A stretch of DNA of 64,000 nt from a virus (IMGVR_UViG_3300010163_000008:1-64000); one strand, 5' to 3'. Numbered from the stretch's first letter, positions 39,517-50,737 are shown. Numbers and translations: made by a program. The notes: generated by a model from the letters alone, not told the origin.

Positions 39517-40848
39517 TTAAAGAGTTTTCCAAGAAAGAGCTTCATCAATAGCGTCTTGGATGTTAGCATCGGTTTCTTCCTTCGTATAAGCATTAATAGC
39601 TTCAGGAGTAACAGTTACATCGGCAGAGCCATCATATTTCTGCGCGCCGATAGTAAGAGTATGAGGCATTTTAGCAACAGAGATAGTACCATCTACAATA
39701 GTAATGGTGCTACCGTCAACCTTAACAGCGCCGGGCTTTGCGTCAGAAGCAGTTGGGAGTGATTCGCCAGTAGCAATACCATCAATGGCGGCTTTATCAG
39801 CAGGAGTCATTAGACCAGCCTTAGTGCTATCAGCCGCACCAATTATAATATTACTAACTACAGGAGTACCAAAACCAGATTCGCCCTTAGTAGCAGTCTT
39901 AACGCTAAGAGTAATACCAGAAGCGTCTTCTGAAATCTTACCCACTTCTGTTACCATAGTGGTAGGCATAGTGGTAACGACAGTAGAGATAGGAGCAAGT
40001 TCATCCTTAGTTACATAGTTCGTAAGGTCAAGATTACCACCCTGATATTCATTCCACTGCGTACCGTCATAGATATAAGTCTTGTGTTCCTCTGTTACTT
40101 GATAAATATCACCGGTAGAAGGATTCTCAATGTTTTCAAGGTCAGTCTTAGTAGCAACATCGCCCTTGTACTGCATGGTACTATTAACAAGTGCGTCTAC
40201 TTCTGACTTGGTATAAGTATCAGACTTGTCTGCTTTACCAGTCTTGAGTGCGGCTACTTCTGTAGAAAGGTCGTCTACAGTAGGCTTAAGCTCGTTGACA
40301 GTGTTAGTAATGTTCTCAACATTAGTAACGATTTCAGCGGCTTTCTCTTCGGTAAGAGAAGGTGTGAAGAACTCAACGGTATTTACGCCGTTAACGGTTT
40401 TAACGCGAATCTGCTGACCAGTAGTAGCGGCTTTAATACCTTTGATTTCAAGCTTATTATCAGTAGTCTTGTCGATGGAAGCATCGTCTACACCAACATT
40501 AGCCTCGGAGTTAGCAATAGCTTCCTGTACAACATTCTGTACTGCACCAACATTAGGAATAGCAGTAGCGGCTGTTTCATCGTCTACAGTAGAAACAGTG
40601 GGATATACAACAGTAGTCCAGTTAGCACCGTCAAATACCTTAGCTTCGCCTGTAGGAAGTACATAAAGGATGTTCTGTCCAGCTACATCATTAGCAGGGA
40701 GCGTATTGACTGCAACACAACCAGTAGCTACACGAGTAGAACCGCGATAAAGTTCGCCATTAGTTAAGAAATATAGACCATTGGGGTCTTTTGCGGCGGC
40801 TGTATAAGCCTTTTTGTCACCAAAGTAAAGTTCAATTCTTGCTGCCAT
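39517..40848 (-). CDS. tail fibre-like protein
   Basis: Thr/Val-rich beta-structure-like sequence, KAGLMTPADKAAIDGIATGE motif shared with other fibres. Confidence 0.45.
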   Translation of the reverse strand: MAARIELYFGDKKAYTAAAKDPNGLYFLTNGELYRGSTRVATGCVAVNTLPANDVAGQNILYVLPTGEAKVFDGANWTTVVYPTVSTVDDETAATAIPNVGAVQNVVQEAIANSEANVGVDDASIDKTTDNKLEIKGIKAATTGQQIRVKTVNGVNTVEFFTPSLTEEKAAEIVTNVENITNTVNELKPTVDDLSTEVAALKTGKADKSDTYTKSEVDALVNSTMQYKGDVATKTDLENIENPSTGDIYQVTEEHKTYIYDGTQWNEYQGGNLDLTNYVTKDELAPISTVVTTMPTTMVTEVGKISEDASGITLSVKTATKGESGFGTPVVSNIIIGAADSTKAGLMTPADKAAIDGIATGESLPTASDAKPGAVKVDGSTITIVDGTISVAKMPHTLTIGAQKYDGSADVTVTPEAINAYTKEETDANIQDAIDEALSWKTL

Positions 40849-40873
40849 AAATTATCAATCCTTTCAAATAAAA

Positions 40874-41257
40874 TTATTTAATAGGCTTCCATTCCAAAAA
40901 CCCTTCGGCACTAGGAGCACTTAAGGTTGGTTTAACAGTTGAACCACTCTGTGTAGAACCTACTGTATAAATAGTATATTTATCTCCGTCCTTCACAGAT
41001 ATCGGCTCTCCATAAGGAACAGTTTTTCTATCCGCTAACCAAGCGTTAGCTAATTGTAAATTATCAAATTTTCTAATGTTACCTGCTACTTTAACCTGTT
41101 GCCCCTTATCATCAATAATAACAAGTGAACCATAAGAAGTACCGGGTTCAGTGACAAGAACCATATCGCCAGTATCAATTCTGCCTTGTTTAAGAGCAGT
41201 AGCTATACGCGATTCATCAGTTGTATAGGCAACCTGAAAATCCATAATGTAAGTCAC
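40874..41257 (-). CDS. hypothetical structural protein
   Basis: ORF in structural operon. Confidence 0.25.
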   Translation of the reverse strand: MTYIMDFQVAYTTDESRIATALKQGRIDTGDMVLVTEPGTSYGSLVIIDDKGQQVKVAGNIRKFDNLQLANAWLADRKTVPYGEPISVKDGDKYTIYTVGSTQSGSTVKPTLSAPSAEGFLEWKPIK

Positions 41258-41269
41258 CTCCTAGTTTCG

Positions 41270-42604
41270 TTAGTTTCCGATGTTTATGGCTATCTTAATA
41301 GGCGTACCAACAGGTTTCCCATGGGATAGCAACTCTATTTGATTATTCTCATTAACTTGAATATCGTCAGCTTTAACTTCATCTAGTGTGCCAACTCTAG
41401 TATCAAGTTCTTGTTGTGCTTCTTTAAGACCATTAATATCATCGTTGATTTTGTCTATATTAGTTGCCATATCTTTCACTGTGTCCATATCAGATGATAG
41501 ACCATCAATAACGTCTTTAATATTGCCAACGTCTGTAATAATACCGCCTACAGTATTTGTTAAGTTACTCATATCAGCATCAATACTATCAATCCTAGCG
41601 TCAAGAGTTTCTACATCAGTAGTCAAGTCATTAACTCTATCGTTAGTATCAGTAACTTCTGTAATTAGACTATCTACATTAGACTTAATGCCACCTATTA
41701 TAGCGTCTTGAGTAGCTATATCATCTACAACTTCATCAATTCTAGCTGATTGATTATCTAATTCAGCTTCTAATTCTGATTGTTTAGTTTCCTGTGTAGC
41801 TACAGTATTATTCAAGACACCGATATTAGTTTCTAATTCGTTGAGTTTGTTTTCTTGTGTAGATATATTAGACTCTATCGTCTCGATTCTTGATTGTTGA
41901 ATTGAAATATTTTCTTGAAGTTGTCTTATAGTCTCTGCGTCTTGTACTACTTCAGATTCATCCATACGAGCACCTAAATCATCTACTTCCTTTTGTAGTT
42001 CGCCTAGTTCTCTATTTAATGCGTCAACTACGTCTTTCTGCTCTTGTAATAGAGCACTAGCAGTATCTTTGTCCATTTTATTGTTATCCAACTCTATGCA
42101 AATTTGTTCTAAAGTATCCACTCTTGAAGTTAAATCAGTTATTTGTTTAGCAGTTTCCTCTTGTAGATTTTGAATTTCATTCAGACGTTCATCTAAATCG
42201 CCTTCACCATTCTGGCCATATGTTACATCAATACATTCAACAACATCAAAATAACTCTGTGAAGTTTTTAATATTACTGATTCTTCATTTTTTAGTAGAG
42301 TTAACCAAAATATAACTCTACCAGCGAAATGAGTAAATATAGTTGTTATAGTGAAGTGATATAATGAGAAGTTATCGTAATCGTCTTCGTCTTTATTTAG
42401 TAATGTATAACCAGAAACACCATTAGGTAATAAATAGTCTAATCGAACAAGCGCTTCTGAAATGTCACTATTATTATATTCTTTGGGAATAAAGAAGTCG
42501 ATTGTATCACCGTTATTTTCTCCTTGATAAATCGGCTTACTTTTCGTCACTAAGAGCGACTTGTCCTTGCACATTTTTATTATATACATTCGCTCCAACC
42601 CCAC
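41270..42604 (-). CDS. structural protein with very long coiled coil (fibre/needle-like)
   Basis: about 300 aa of heptad-like acidic repeats (ELxxxLxxL ... ). Confidence 0.35.
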   Translation of the reverse strand: MGLERMYIIKMCKDKSLLVTKSKPIYQGENNGDTIDFFIPKEYNNSDISEALVRLDYLLPNGVSGYTLLNKDEDDYDNFSLYHFTITTIFTHFAGRVIFWLTLLKNEESVILKTSQSYFDVVECIDVTYGQNGEGDLDERLNEIQNLQEETAKQITDLTSRVDTLEQICIELDNNKMDKDTASALLQEQKDVVDALNRELGELQKEVDDLGARMDESEVVQDAETIRQLQENISIQQSRIETIESNISTQENKLNELETNIGVLNNTVATQETKQSELEAELDNQSARIDEVVDDIATQDAIIGGIKSNVDSLITEVTDTNDRVNDLTTDVETLDARIDSIDADMSNLTNTVGGIITDVGNIKDVIDGLSSDMDTVKDMATNIDKINDDINGLKEAQQELDTRVGTLDEVKADDIQVNENNQIELLSHGKPVGTPIKIAINIGN

Positions 42605-42923
42605 CTGATGTTAGGCTAGTTACGCCTAAGATTTTCATTAAGTTTGTAGTTGCTTTACCAACATATAATACTACTGCTGCATTCATTATTAAGTCTGGTG
42701 TAACACCTATTTCACTAAGATTAGTATTGTCAAAACAGAACGCTAGTCCAATGAATGATATGGCAATAATACCAGCTTTAGCAACACCCGTTAAGAATGT
42801 CTTTTTGTTAAAGCAACACTCATCTAAATTAATATTATAATATGTACCTAATAGAAGGTTTACAAGCATAGCTACTGCAAGAGCAGCTAACGGTTTAAGT
42901 ATGAGTTGTAACATGAAGTTCAC
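42537..42923 (-). CDS. holin-like membrane protein
   Basis: three hydrophobic helices, charged C-terminus, adjacent to another membrane protein in late operon. Confidence 0.45.
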   Translation of the reverse strand: MNFMLQLILKPLAALAVAMLVNLLLGTYYNINLDECCFNKKTFLTGVAKAGIIAISFIGLAFCFDNTNLSEIGVTPDLIMNAAVVLYVGKATTNLMKILGVTSLTSGGVGANVYNKNVQGQVALSDEK

Positions 42924-42925
42924 CT

Positions 42926-43399
42926 CTAATCTTTTTCTTTTGAGTATACTTGCGGCATATGTTCTTTATGAGTAAACAAGGTATAATGTGGCATATAATC
43001 TCCAAATATTAAACATCGCAAGTAATCGTCTATAATAATAGCCAATATAGCAACTACAATCCATAGTAAAAAGAATTGAGGACATATTTGTCCCATAATA
43101 TTGAAGGGCATATTAGAATAATCCCACACTCCCCAACCTAGTTTGATATTGATAATATAACCACAAATAAACTCTAATGCTGTTATATCAACAGCACCAA
43201 TTAGACCTTGCCTCAACAAGCCCATATTCCAAGGAATAACTTCATTTATCATACCTATACTAATAAATAGTATTGCTCCAAGCAGTACCATTGTCCAGTG
43301 GCTTCTACCTCTGAATAAGACTTCTAGCGTACAGTATGTACTACCACCAAACCAAAATAAGAGTAGATTCTTACTTAGCAGGTTTAGTGACTGCTTCAT
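42926..43399 (-). CDS. four-helix membrane protein (lysis-associated, function unknown)
   Basis: four hydrophobic segments. Confidence 0.35.
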   Translation of the reverse strand: MKQSLNLLSKNLLLFWFGGSTYCTLEVLFRGRSHWTMVLLGAILFISIGMINEVIPWNMGLLRQGLIGAVDITALEFICGYIINIKLGWGVWDYSNMPFNIMGQICPQFFLLWIVVAILAIIIDDYLRCLIFGDYMPHYTLFTHKEHMPQVYSKEKD

Positions 43400-43910
43400 T
43401 ATAATCTACCGTAATACCTAGTGCTTCTTCAATAGTGGTAGCATTACGAATAGCAACTTCTTTAGATTGCTGATAAGATACCATTGGTTCTACATAAGCT
43501 GCAATAGAAAGGGCTAGTGCAGTAATTTCCTCAAAGGTAAATTCTACACATTCATCACCTGTAGTATTCCATTTAAGCGTTTTAGGAACACCAGCGGCTA
43601 CTGAAAGCTGATATGTAGCAATAGCATTGGCAAGTAGAGATTGCTTTTCAAATGTAACAGAATAAGTCTTATTATTAGTAGCATCTACATAAGGATTATT
43701 AGCTAGGAACGATTCAAGGAGAGCTTTACTCTTTAGTATTTGTGCAGTCTTAACACCTTCAAGAGCTTTAGTCTCATCTTTGATAAGTTCAACATATTGT
43801 TCAACAGTGATAAAACCCTTAATAAGTGCATTACCTAGTTGTTCATCTGTACAAATACCATTTTCTCTTAATACAGAGATATTATTATAAAAATTTACTG
43901 CTGTAGGCAT
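43371..43910 (-). CDS. hypothetical protein
   Basis: ORF. Confidence 0.25.
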   Translation of the reverse strand: MPTAVNFYNNISVLRENGICTDEQLGNALIKGFITVEQYVELIKDETKALEGVKTAQILKSKALLESFLANNPYVDATNNKTYSVTFEKQSLLANAIATYQLSVAAGVPKTLKWNTTGDECVEFTFEEITALALSIAAYVEPMVSYQQSKEVAIRNATTIEEALGITVDYNEAVTKPAK

Positions 43911-43956
43911 AAAACAAACACACTCCTTTTATTCAAAAAATCATTAAAAAACACTT

Positions 43957-43985
43957 GACAAAAATTTATCATCATGTTATACTTA
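43957..43985 (+). promoter_or_regulatory. sigma-A type promoter for the recombinase gene
   Basis: ttgaca 43957-43962, 17 nt, tatact 43980-43985. Confidence 0.5.
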
Positions 43986-44019
43986 TAACATAATTTAATA
44001 CGAAAGGGGTCGCAAAATA

Positions 44020-44670
44020 ATGACACAAACGGAAGTTCGTCAGAAGAAGATTTATGGTTATTGCCGTGTATCTACAAAGGAACAAAACCTCGACCGACAA
44101 CTTATCGCAATGAAAGCAGAAAACATCCCTGAAAGTAATATCTACTGCGACAAACAATCTGGTAAAGACTTTGAACGTAAGAACTTTAAAAAGTTAGTAC
44201 GAAAGTTAAAATCAGGCGACACCTTAGTAATTATGTCAATAGACCGATTAGGAAGAGACTATGATGCTATAGGACAAATGTGGCGGCATTTAGTACTTGA
44301 AAAGAATGTATGTATCAAAGTACTTGATATGCCTATACTTACTACTACAGATAATAGCCTTATTAATCGTCTGTTGTCGGATATCATTTTGCAACTGCTT
44401 GCTTATGTTGCTCAAACCGAAAGAGAGAACTTACTTAAAAGACAAGCTCAAGGCATTGAAGCTGCTCGTGCAAGAGGTGTACAATTCGGTAGACCTAAGA
44501 TTGAAGTCTGTGATGATTTTAAGCAAATCGTCATTGATTACAAAATGCGCAAATATACATTAAAAGAAGCGGTTGCGAAATCCGGTATGTCCCAAAGAAC
44601 ATTTTATAGACGTTCTAATGAACTTTGGGCTGAGATAGGTTCAGAATATGAATCGTGTGAGGGGGTTTAA
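44020..44670 (+). CDS. small serine recombinase of the resolvase/invertase (Hin/Gin/Cin/Min) family
   Basis: YGYCRVSTKEQNLDRQ catalytic-Ser motif, DTLVIMSIDRLGRD, C-terminal HTH (GMSQRTFYRR); 216 aa. Confidence 0.8.
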   Translation: MTQTEVRQKKIYGYCRVSTKEQNLDRQLIAMKAENIPESNIYCDKQSGKDFERKNFKKLVRKLKSGDTLVIMSIDRLGRDYDAIGQMWRHLVLEKNVCIKVLDMPILTTTDNSLINRLLSDIILQLLAYVAQTERENLLKRQAQGIEAARARGVQFGRPKIEVCDDFKQIVIDYKMRKYTLKEAVAKSGMSQRTFYRRSNELWAEIGSEYESCEGV

Positions 44671-44687
44671 CCCCCTCTTTTTTTATA
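44660..44687. terminator. rho-independent terminator (hairpin gagggggtttaaccccctc + T-run)
   Basis: overlaps recombinase stop codon; A/T runs on both sides, may serve the convergent lysin gene too. Confidence 0.55.
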
Positions 44688-44720
44688 TACAATAATTATT
44701 TTATAATTACCAACGTGATA

Positions 44721-45707
44721 TCAAGGATGGTTAATCATAGCTAAATTCTCTTTAGCATTATAATCTACGGTGTAACCTGCTTGAAAAAAATCACGTAGTC
44801 TTATATAATTCTCACCTTGATACATAATTGTCGTAACTGTATAATCTTTATTATCTATAGATATAATCTTGGTAGTTAAAGTAAACTCTTTATCATTGGT
44901 TGTTGAAGGTACATCTACCTTGGGCGCTACTTCCGTTGTAACTCTTTCGATATACTGTAGGCTCACCCAACCTTTACCAGTATAGCCCCAACCGTTGTCT
45001 TCCTTAGTTATATGAACCTTTTCCCCATTGTTATAAACTAAGACTATACTACCACTCACAGGATATTCACGACAATTAAGTGCGCTAGCTGTAACCTTAC
45101 CTTCGTAGTCTATTGCTTTTGTTGTAGATTGTACTACGTTTGTATCTCCTACTAAATCCCATCTTGGTCTACCATAACCCTGTATGCTCGGATAAGTAAG
45201 AGCATATGATTTATCTCTTACAGCACCACCATTAGCCACAACGCCTGCCGCACTAGAAGTGTTACCTTCTATCGTATATACTCTACCACCCTCAACCTTA
45301 ACTACAAGCCCTGTATGTGTCATATTAGACTGACTTGTACCAAAGAATATCTGGTCGCCCGGTTGTGGATTACCTGTGTAGAACCGTCCCATACTCTTAT
45401 AATATCCTGCTGAATATGTACAACCTGCACCAGCAGACTCTTTTGGTTGCCCCGTCAGCTTCATTGCTACCTCAAGACCAAAGGTCTTATAGAAACACCA
45501 GTCAACAAACACATCACACCAGGCCAGTCCTTGCTTTGCACCATTGTAAAGACTTGTTCTATCTAAATCTCTAGCATACTTAGTATAATTATTATAGCCT
45601 GCATTAGCCGTTTTATCGTCTAGTTGACTATTCGTTCTCTTTTCAAGATAACCGATTTCATTCTTAGCTGTTTGGATTAATTTTTCTATTGCTGTCATTT
45701 GTATCAC
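44721..45707 (-). CDS. endolysin: CHAP/NlpC-P60 peptidase + SH3-like + wall-binding module shared with 34438 lysin
   Basis: Cys (GLAWCDVFVDW) and His (NMTHTGLVV) CHAP residues; C-terminal KEFTLTTKIISIDNKDYTVTTIMYQGENYIRLRDF identical in pattern to the amidase lysin C-terminus. Confidence 0.7.
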   Translation of the reverse strand: MIQMTAIEKLIQTAKNEIGYLEKRTNSQLDDKTANAGYNNYTKYARDLDRTSLYNGAKQGLAWCDVFVDWCFYKTFGLEVAMKLTGQPKESAGAGCTYSAGYYKSMGRFYTGNPQPGDQIFFGTSQSNMTHTGLVVKVEGGRVYTIEGNTSSAAGVVANGGAVRDKSYALTYPSIQGYGRPRWDLVGDTNVVQSTTKAIDYEGKVTASALNCREYPVSGSIVLVYNNGEKVHITKEDNGWGYTGKGWVSLQYIERVTTEVAPKVDVPSTTNDKEFTLTTKIISIDNKDYTVTTIMYQGENYIRLRDFFQAGYTVDYNAKENLAMINHP

Positions 45708-45789
45708 TCCTTTCTTATGTAGATAATATATTTTGCCGTACTCTAATATTCAGAGTGTTGTGCAAGAGACTGTATTTTCTATTGCAACG

Positions 45790-46296
45790 CCCAAAATATT
45801 ACAATTTGGGAAGCTAATTATACATAATAATACTCTATATTTTGGTAATTCTAGTAATGTTCCAACCAAAGTATCTTCTGATACAGTACCCTCTCACACT
45901 CATTCAGCAAATAACATAACCAGTGGTGTACTTCCAATAGAAAGAGGTGGAACAGGCTATTCTTCTTTATCCTCATTGAAAAGCGCACTTGGTATTACAA
46001 ACAGTTGTACAATAGTAACAGGTAGCTTCACAACTAATTCTAGTTATTCAATGGGCACTAACATAACATTGGGATTTCAACCTAAGTTATTGATTACGAT
46101 AGCAGATAAGTACGCAGATACTGTTGATAATAGAAATATTGCATTAATTGATAATGGACAAGCCATCATAGGATTCTATTGGCTGAATAATAGTGGTAGT
46201 TTAAATTTAGCTACTACAAAACTTACTTCAACAGGAATAGGTAAATATAGTAATCTACTTCCAAGTACTACTTATTATTATGTAGCATTTAGTTAA
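45790..46296 (+). other. silent tail-fibre C-terminal cassette 1 (junction block + variable tip)
   Basis: begins cccaaaatattacaatttggg...ctatattttggtaattc (encodes LQFGKLIIHNNTLYFGNSSNVP), no start/RBS, ends ...YYYVAFS*. Confidence 0.65.
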
Positions 46297-46377
46297 GATA
46301 TTATATAATAAATTGCACTTACAATACCTCATAACTAGTTTGTCGCATTGCAATGTTTTGGCTCATAAATTGCAACG

Positions 46378-47037
46378 CCCAAAATATTACAATCAGGTAA
46401 GATAATTATATGGAATAATACCCTATACTTTGGTAATTCTAGCAATGTTCCTACTAAAGTTTCGTCTGACGCAGTACCTTCTCATACTCATTCAGCTAGC
46501 GATATAACTAGCGGAACGCTCCCTATCACTAGAGGTGGTACGGGTAATACTACTGGATTAGCCGCAAGTGCTACAAAGTTAGCAACTGCTCGAACTATAC
46601 GAGTAAACTTAGGTTCTACAAGTAGTGTTAGCTTTGATGGCACAGCGAATATTACCCCCGGTATAACTGGCACACTCTCTGCTTCATATGGGGGGACAGG
46701 TTGTACTTCTTTGTCTTCATTAAAGAGTGCGTTAGGAATTACAGATGGTTGTACAATTACTACAGGCACTTTTACTACTACTTCTGGGGGTAGTAGTGGT
46801 AAAGTAACTCTAGGTTTTCGACCTAAGCTTCTTATTGCTGTATGTAATCAAGATGGCAACAATCAAAACGGTAAGATTTTTTTATCTATTGATATTGGTA
46901 ATACTATTGTAGGTATAAGATGGGTAAACGATTATGCTGGTGCATCTTGCGGGTCATCAGTACTTACTTCTACAGGGTTTAATAGTATAAATTATTTGTG
47001 GACTAATGAAACCTATTCTTACCTTGTATTAAGTTAA
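46378..47037 (+). other. silent tail-fibre cassette 2
   Basis: same junction block (QSGKIIIWNNTLYFGNSSNVP), open frame to 47037, ends ...YLVLS*. Confidence 0.65.
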
Positions 47038-47112
47038 TAGTATCAGATTGCATTCACAACCTTACATAATTAATTTGCCGCATTGCAACGTCTTGGTCTG
47101 TAGATTGTATCG

Positions 47113-47757
47113 CCCAAAATATTACAATTCGGAAAGGTTATTGTGTGGAATAACCAACTTTATTTTGGCAATTCAAGTAACATACCCACTAAAGTATCTT
47201 CTGATACAGTGCCTGCACATTATCACTCAGCAAGTGATATAACCAGTGGTATATTATCTACTAGTCGGGGTGGGACAGGCAATGCTAATGGATTAGCTAC
47301 TAGTGCCACCAAATTGGCGACTGCTAGGAATATAAGGGTTAATTTGGATAGTACTAGCTATGGAAGCTTCGATGGGACTGCGGACGTAGCTCCCGGAATT
47401 ACTGGAACGTTATCTGCTAGTCATGGCGGTACAGGTTATACATCACTATCTTCACTTAAAAGTGCTTTAGGTATCTCAAGTAGTGGACAATGGACATATG
47501 GAACATTTACATGGTCAAAATCAACTGCCAAGACAGTCACTTTAGGCTATAGACCGGGATTAGTATTCTTAGTAATGGATAGAATATATCCTTGGGTTAT
47601 CATCTCTAATTATGGACAATGCAGTTATTTTTACACGTTATCTAGTAGCACACCAAATATAGGAGGAAGTGATATAACTAGCACAGGATTCACCTTAGAT
47701 GCCAATAGTAGTCTAATCTCAACGACATATGTAGACTATGTAGCCTTTGAAAGTTAA
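47113..47757 (+). other. silent tail-fibre cassette 3
   Basis: junction block (FGKVIVWNNQLYFGNSSNIP), ends ...YVAFES*. Confidence 0.65.
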
Positions 47758-47840
47758 TCACAATTTAAGAATATTTGCACTCATTTTATCCCGTATGATT
47801 AGTTTGTCACATTGCAATATCATAACTCACAAAAATCATA

Positions 47841-48594
47841 ACCTAAAATATTACAATTCGGTAAGTTAATTATTTACAACAACCAACTATATTTTGGCAA
47901 TAGTAGCAACCAACCAGTGACCGTCTCACCTACAAGCATATCAGCAAGCAACATTACTTCCGGTACATTTTCTACCGACAGATTGCCTACTGTCCCTATT
48001 GCAAAAGGCGGGACTGGTGCTACTGTTGCGTCTACGGCATTAAGCAATCTCGGTGGATTTTCTAGCGCCGGAGGTACTATTTCTGGTGCTGTAAATATCT
48101 CAGGCAAACTTGATGTACAAAATAATGCTATGCACATTGGGTCAGGAAGTAATGGGGCAAAGTTGAACTTTGGCGACGGTGATTATGTTTATTTATATGA
48201 AAGTACCGACGACCATCTATATATAAAAGCTGATAAAGGATTACACTTACAGTGTGGTTCAAATAGCAGTTATGATATTACTGTTCAACATGGAAGTGAC
48301 CCTGCTATATCACTACTTGGTGGTGGAGGCAGTAGTAAAATGGCTACTGGTAGTTTTTATTATAGTGGTTCAACTCAATCTGTAAATGTTGGGTTTCAAC
48401 CAGTATTAGTTATATTTACAGGCGCTGGGCAGTCTCTCTTAATAGGCATATTAAACAATGACGAAATACGAGCATGTAAAAATGGCAGTTGGCAAACCGC
48501 GTCAGTAGATACATATACAAGTAGTACTGGATTTAAAATAACATCAGGGGCTGTATCTGGCACTCAAACTATAAAGTATGCTGCTTTTGGCTAA
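47841..48594 (+). other. silent tail-fibre cassette 4
   Basis: junction block (FGKLIIYNNQLYFGNSSNQP), ends ...KYAAFG*. Confidence 0.65.
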
Positions 48595-48630
48595 TAGAAA
48601 TTGCATTCACGGTTGCCCTTCTTGCGTATA

Positions 48631-49298
48631 CCAATATCTTACAACATGGCAAAGTAATTATATGGAACAATAACCTGTATTTTGGCAACAGTAGCAATAT
48701 CCCACAATCTATTTCTGTAGATTTATCTTCTTATGCTACTACTAGCTATGTAAGTAATAATTATGCCGCTAAGTCTCATACACATTCTGATTATGCCACA
48801 AAGAACAATCCCACTTTGACAGGAACTATACACTTAAATAGCACTGATATAAGGTTAGGTGCAAATAGTAGTAGTTCAAATGTTAAAGTCAAATTCGGAG
48901 ATGGTGAATATATCTATATAAATGAAGATGTAGACGACCATCTTGTATTTTATTCTAAAAAAGGTATAGACTTTACCAGTCAAAGTAACTCTGGTACTTT
49001 TACCTTCAATGGTAATGCTATAGGCGGCGCTTCTGTACAAGTAGTAACTGGATATGGACGAGCCGCGCAGAGCGGAGGTATTAATTTAGGATTCAAACCT
49101 AAAGTAGTTGTTCTTGCAACTGCTAATAACAATGAAACAAATGTTATTGGTGGCATATTATCTCAAGGATATTCTGTGTTATTCGGAATGGATAATAGGG
49201 TTAGCCAAGGTACTAGTAATGTTAATTCTAGTGGATTTACTGTTTATGGTAGGGCTAGTGATTCAAATAGTTATTATTATTATGTAGCATTCTCATAA
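48631..49298 (+). other. silent tail-fibre cassette 5
   Basis: junction block cttacaacatggcaaagtaattatatggaacaa (LQHGKVIIWNNNLYFGNSSNIP), ends ...YYYVAFS*. Confidence 0.65.
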
Positions 49299-49351
49299 TT
49301 GAGCAATCACTTCTGACAAGTTGCAACATTGCAAGATTGTAAAGTCCTTTC

Positions 49352-50019
49352 CCATAATCTTACAACATGGCAAACTCATAATATGGAATAACACTCTATA
49401 TTTTGGCAATTCCTCTAATATCCCAACACAAGTTACACAAGATTTATCCACTTATGCTACCACTACATGGGTTAATAATAATTTTGCGGCTACAAGTCAT
49501 ACTCATTCTACATATGCGCCTAAAGATAGCCCTACACTAACAGGTAATATTCATCTAAATAGTGCATCAATACGATTAGGCGCAAATAGTTCTAATTCTT
49601 TATGTAAAATAAATATAGGAGATGGGGATTATATTCATTTTTACGAATACGAAGATGATAAATTAGAAATTAAAGGTAGCACAATTAATATGGCTACTTC
49701 TAATTTTTTAATTAATGGTACAGCTTTAGGTAGCGACAAGCAAGCAGTCAGTGGAACTATAACTAGTACAGGTTCAACCATGACAGTTAATGTAGGCTTT
49801 CAACCAACGTTGGCATTCGTTGTATGCCGTGGTGGAGCTTCGGGAAGATTGGGCTGGATAATTTATGAATCAGGTAGTACATATTGTACCTATTTAAAGA
49901 CTTCCTTGTCTCAAGGTCTTTCCAGTACGTCTGCGTCAGGTCGTCCGTCTAATGGTTTTTATATACCACAAAATTCTTTTGATGATGGTTGGCCATTGTA
50001 TTATACAGCTTTTAAATAA
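49352..50019 (+). other. silent tail-fibre cassette 6
   Basis: junction block (LQHGKLIIWNNTLYFGNSSNIP), ends ...YYTAFK*. Confidence 0.65.
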
Positions 50020-50067
50020 ACAATCTTAATTTATCAAGTTGCAATATTATAGCGTATAAAACCCATC

Positions 50068-50737
50068 TCCCAAAATATTACAACATGGCAAAATCATAAT
50101 TTGGAATAATACGCTGTACTTTGGCAATTCCAGTAATCAACCTAAAGCTATATCTGTAGATTTATCCAGCTATGCAACAACAACATGGGTAAATAATAAT
50201 TTTGCTACCACTAGTCACACTCATTCAACCTACGCGCCTATAAACAATCCTACACTAACAGGCACTATCCATCTTAATAGCGCATCTATACGATTAGGAG
50301 CTAATAGTTCTAACTCTGCTTGTAAAGTTAATATAGGCGACGGCGATTATATTCATTTATATGAGTATGAGGATGATAAGCTAGAGATTAAGGGAAGTAC
50401 TATTAATATGGCTACTTCTAATTTTTTGGTTAATGGGTCTTCATTAAGTAGCGGTGGCAAGATAGTTACTGGAACTGCTTCTGGTTCTACAATAAGAAGC
50501 CCCGGTATTAATGTAGGTTTTCAACCAACAATTGTTATTTTAATGGCTAAAACAGAAGCTACAAATAATAACACATTTTGTATGGTCTTTAATGATTACA
50601 CTGTCTTAATGTTTAGTAACTCAACCCCTGTACCTTCATTTACAAACACTGGGACAAATTTTATAACAAGCACTGGATTTAAAGTATCTAGCTGGTTACA
50701 GTCTAGCTATAATTGGAGTTATGTTGCTTTCGGTTAA
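50068..50737 (+). other. silent tail-fibre cassette 7
   Basis: junction block (LQHGKIIIWNNTLYFGNSSNQP), ends ...SYVAFG*. Confidence 0.65.

Noticed and set aside
31013-40666. Numerous 60-160-aa ORFs on the + strand inside the - strand fibre genes (for example 31814-32293, 33016-33420, 37542-37943, 39704-40018, 40226-40666)
   Set aside because: Antisense to long, well-supported fibre genes with repetitive Thr/Ser/Gly/Ala codons; no starts or RBS. These are reading-frame artefacts.
44020-44670. Serine recombinase as the phage integrase
   Set aside because: At 216 aa with a C-terminal HTH it has resolvase/invertase architecture, not the >400-aa large-serine-integrase or tyrosine-integrase form. 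It sits beside the cassette array rather than a lysogeny module.
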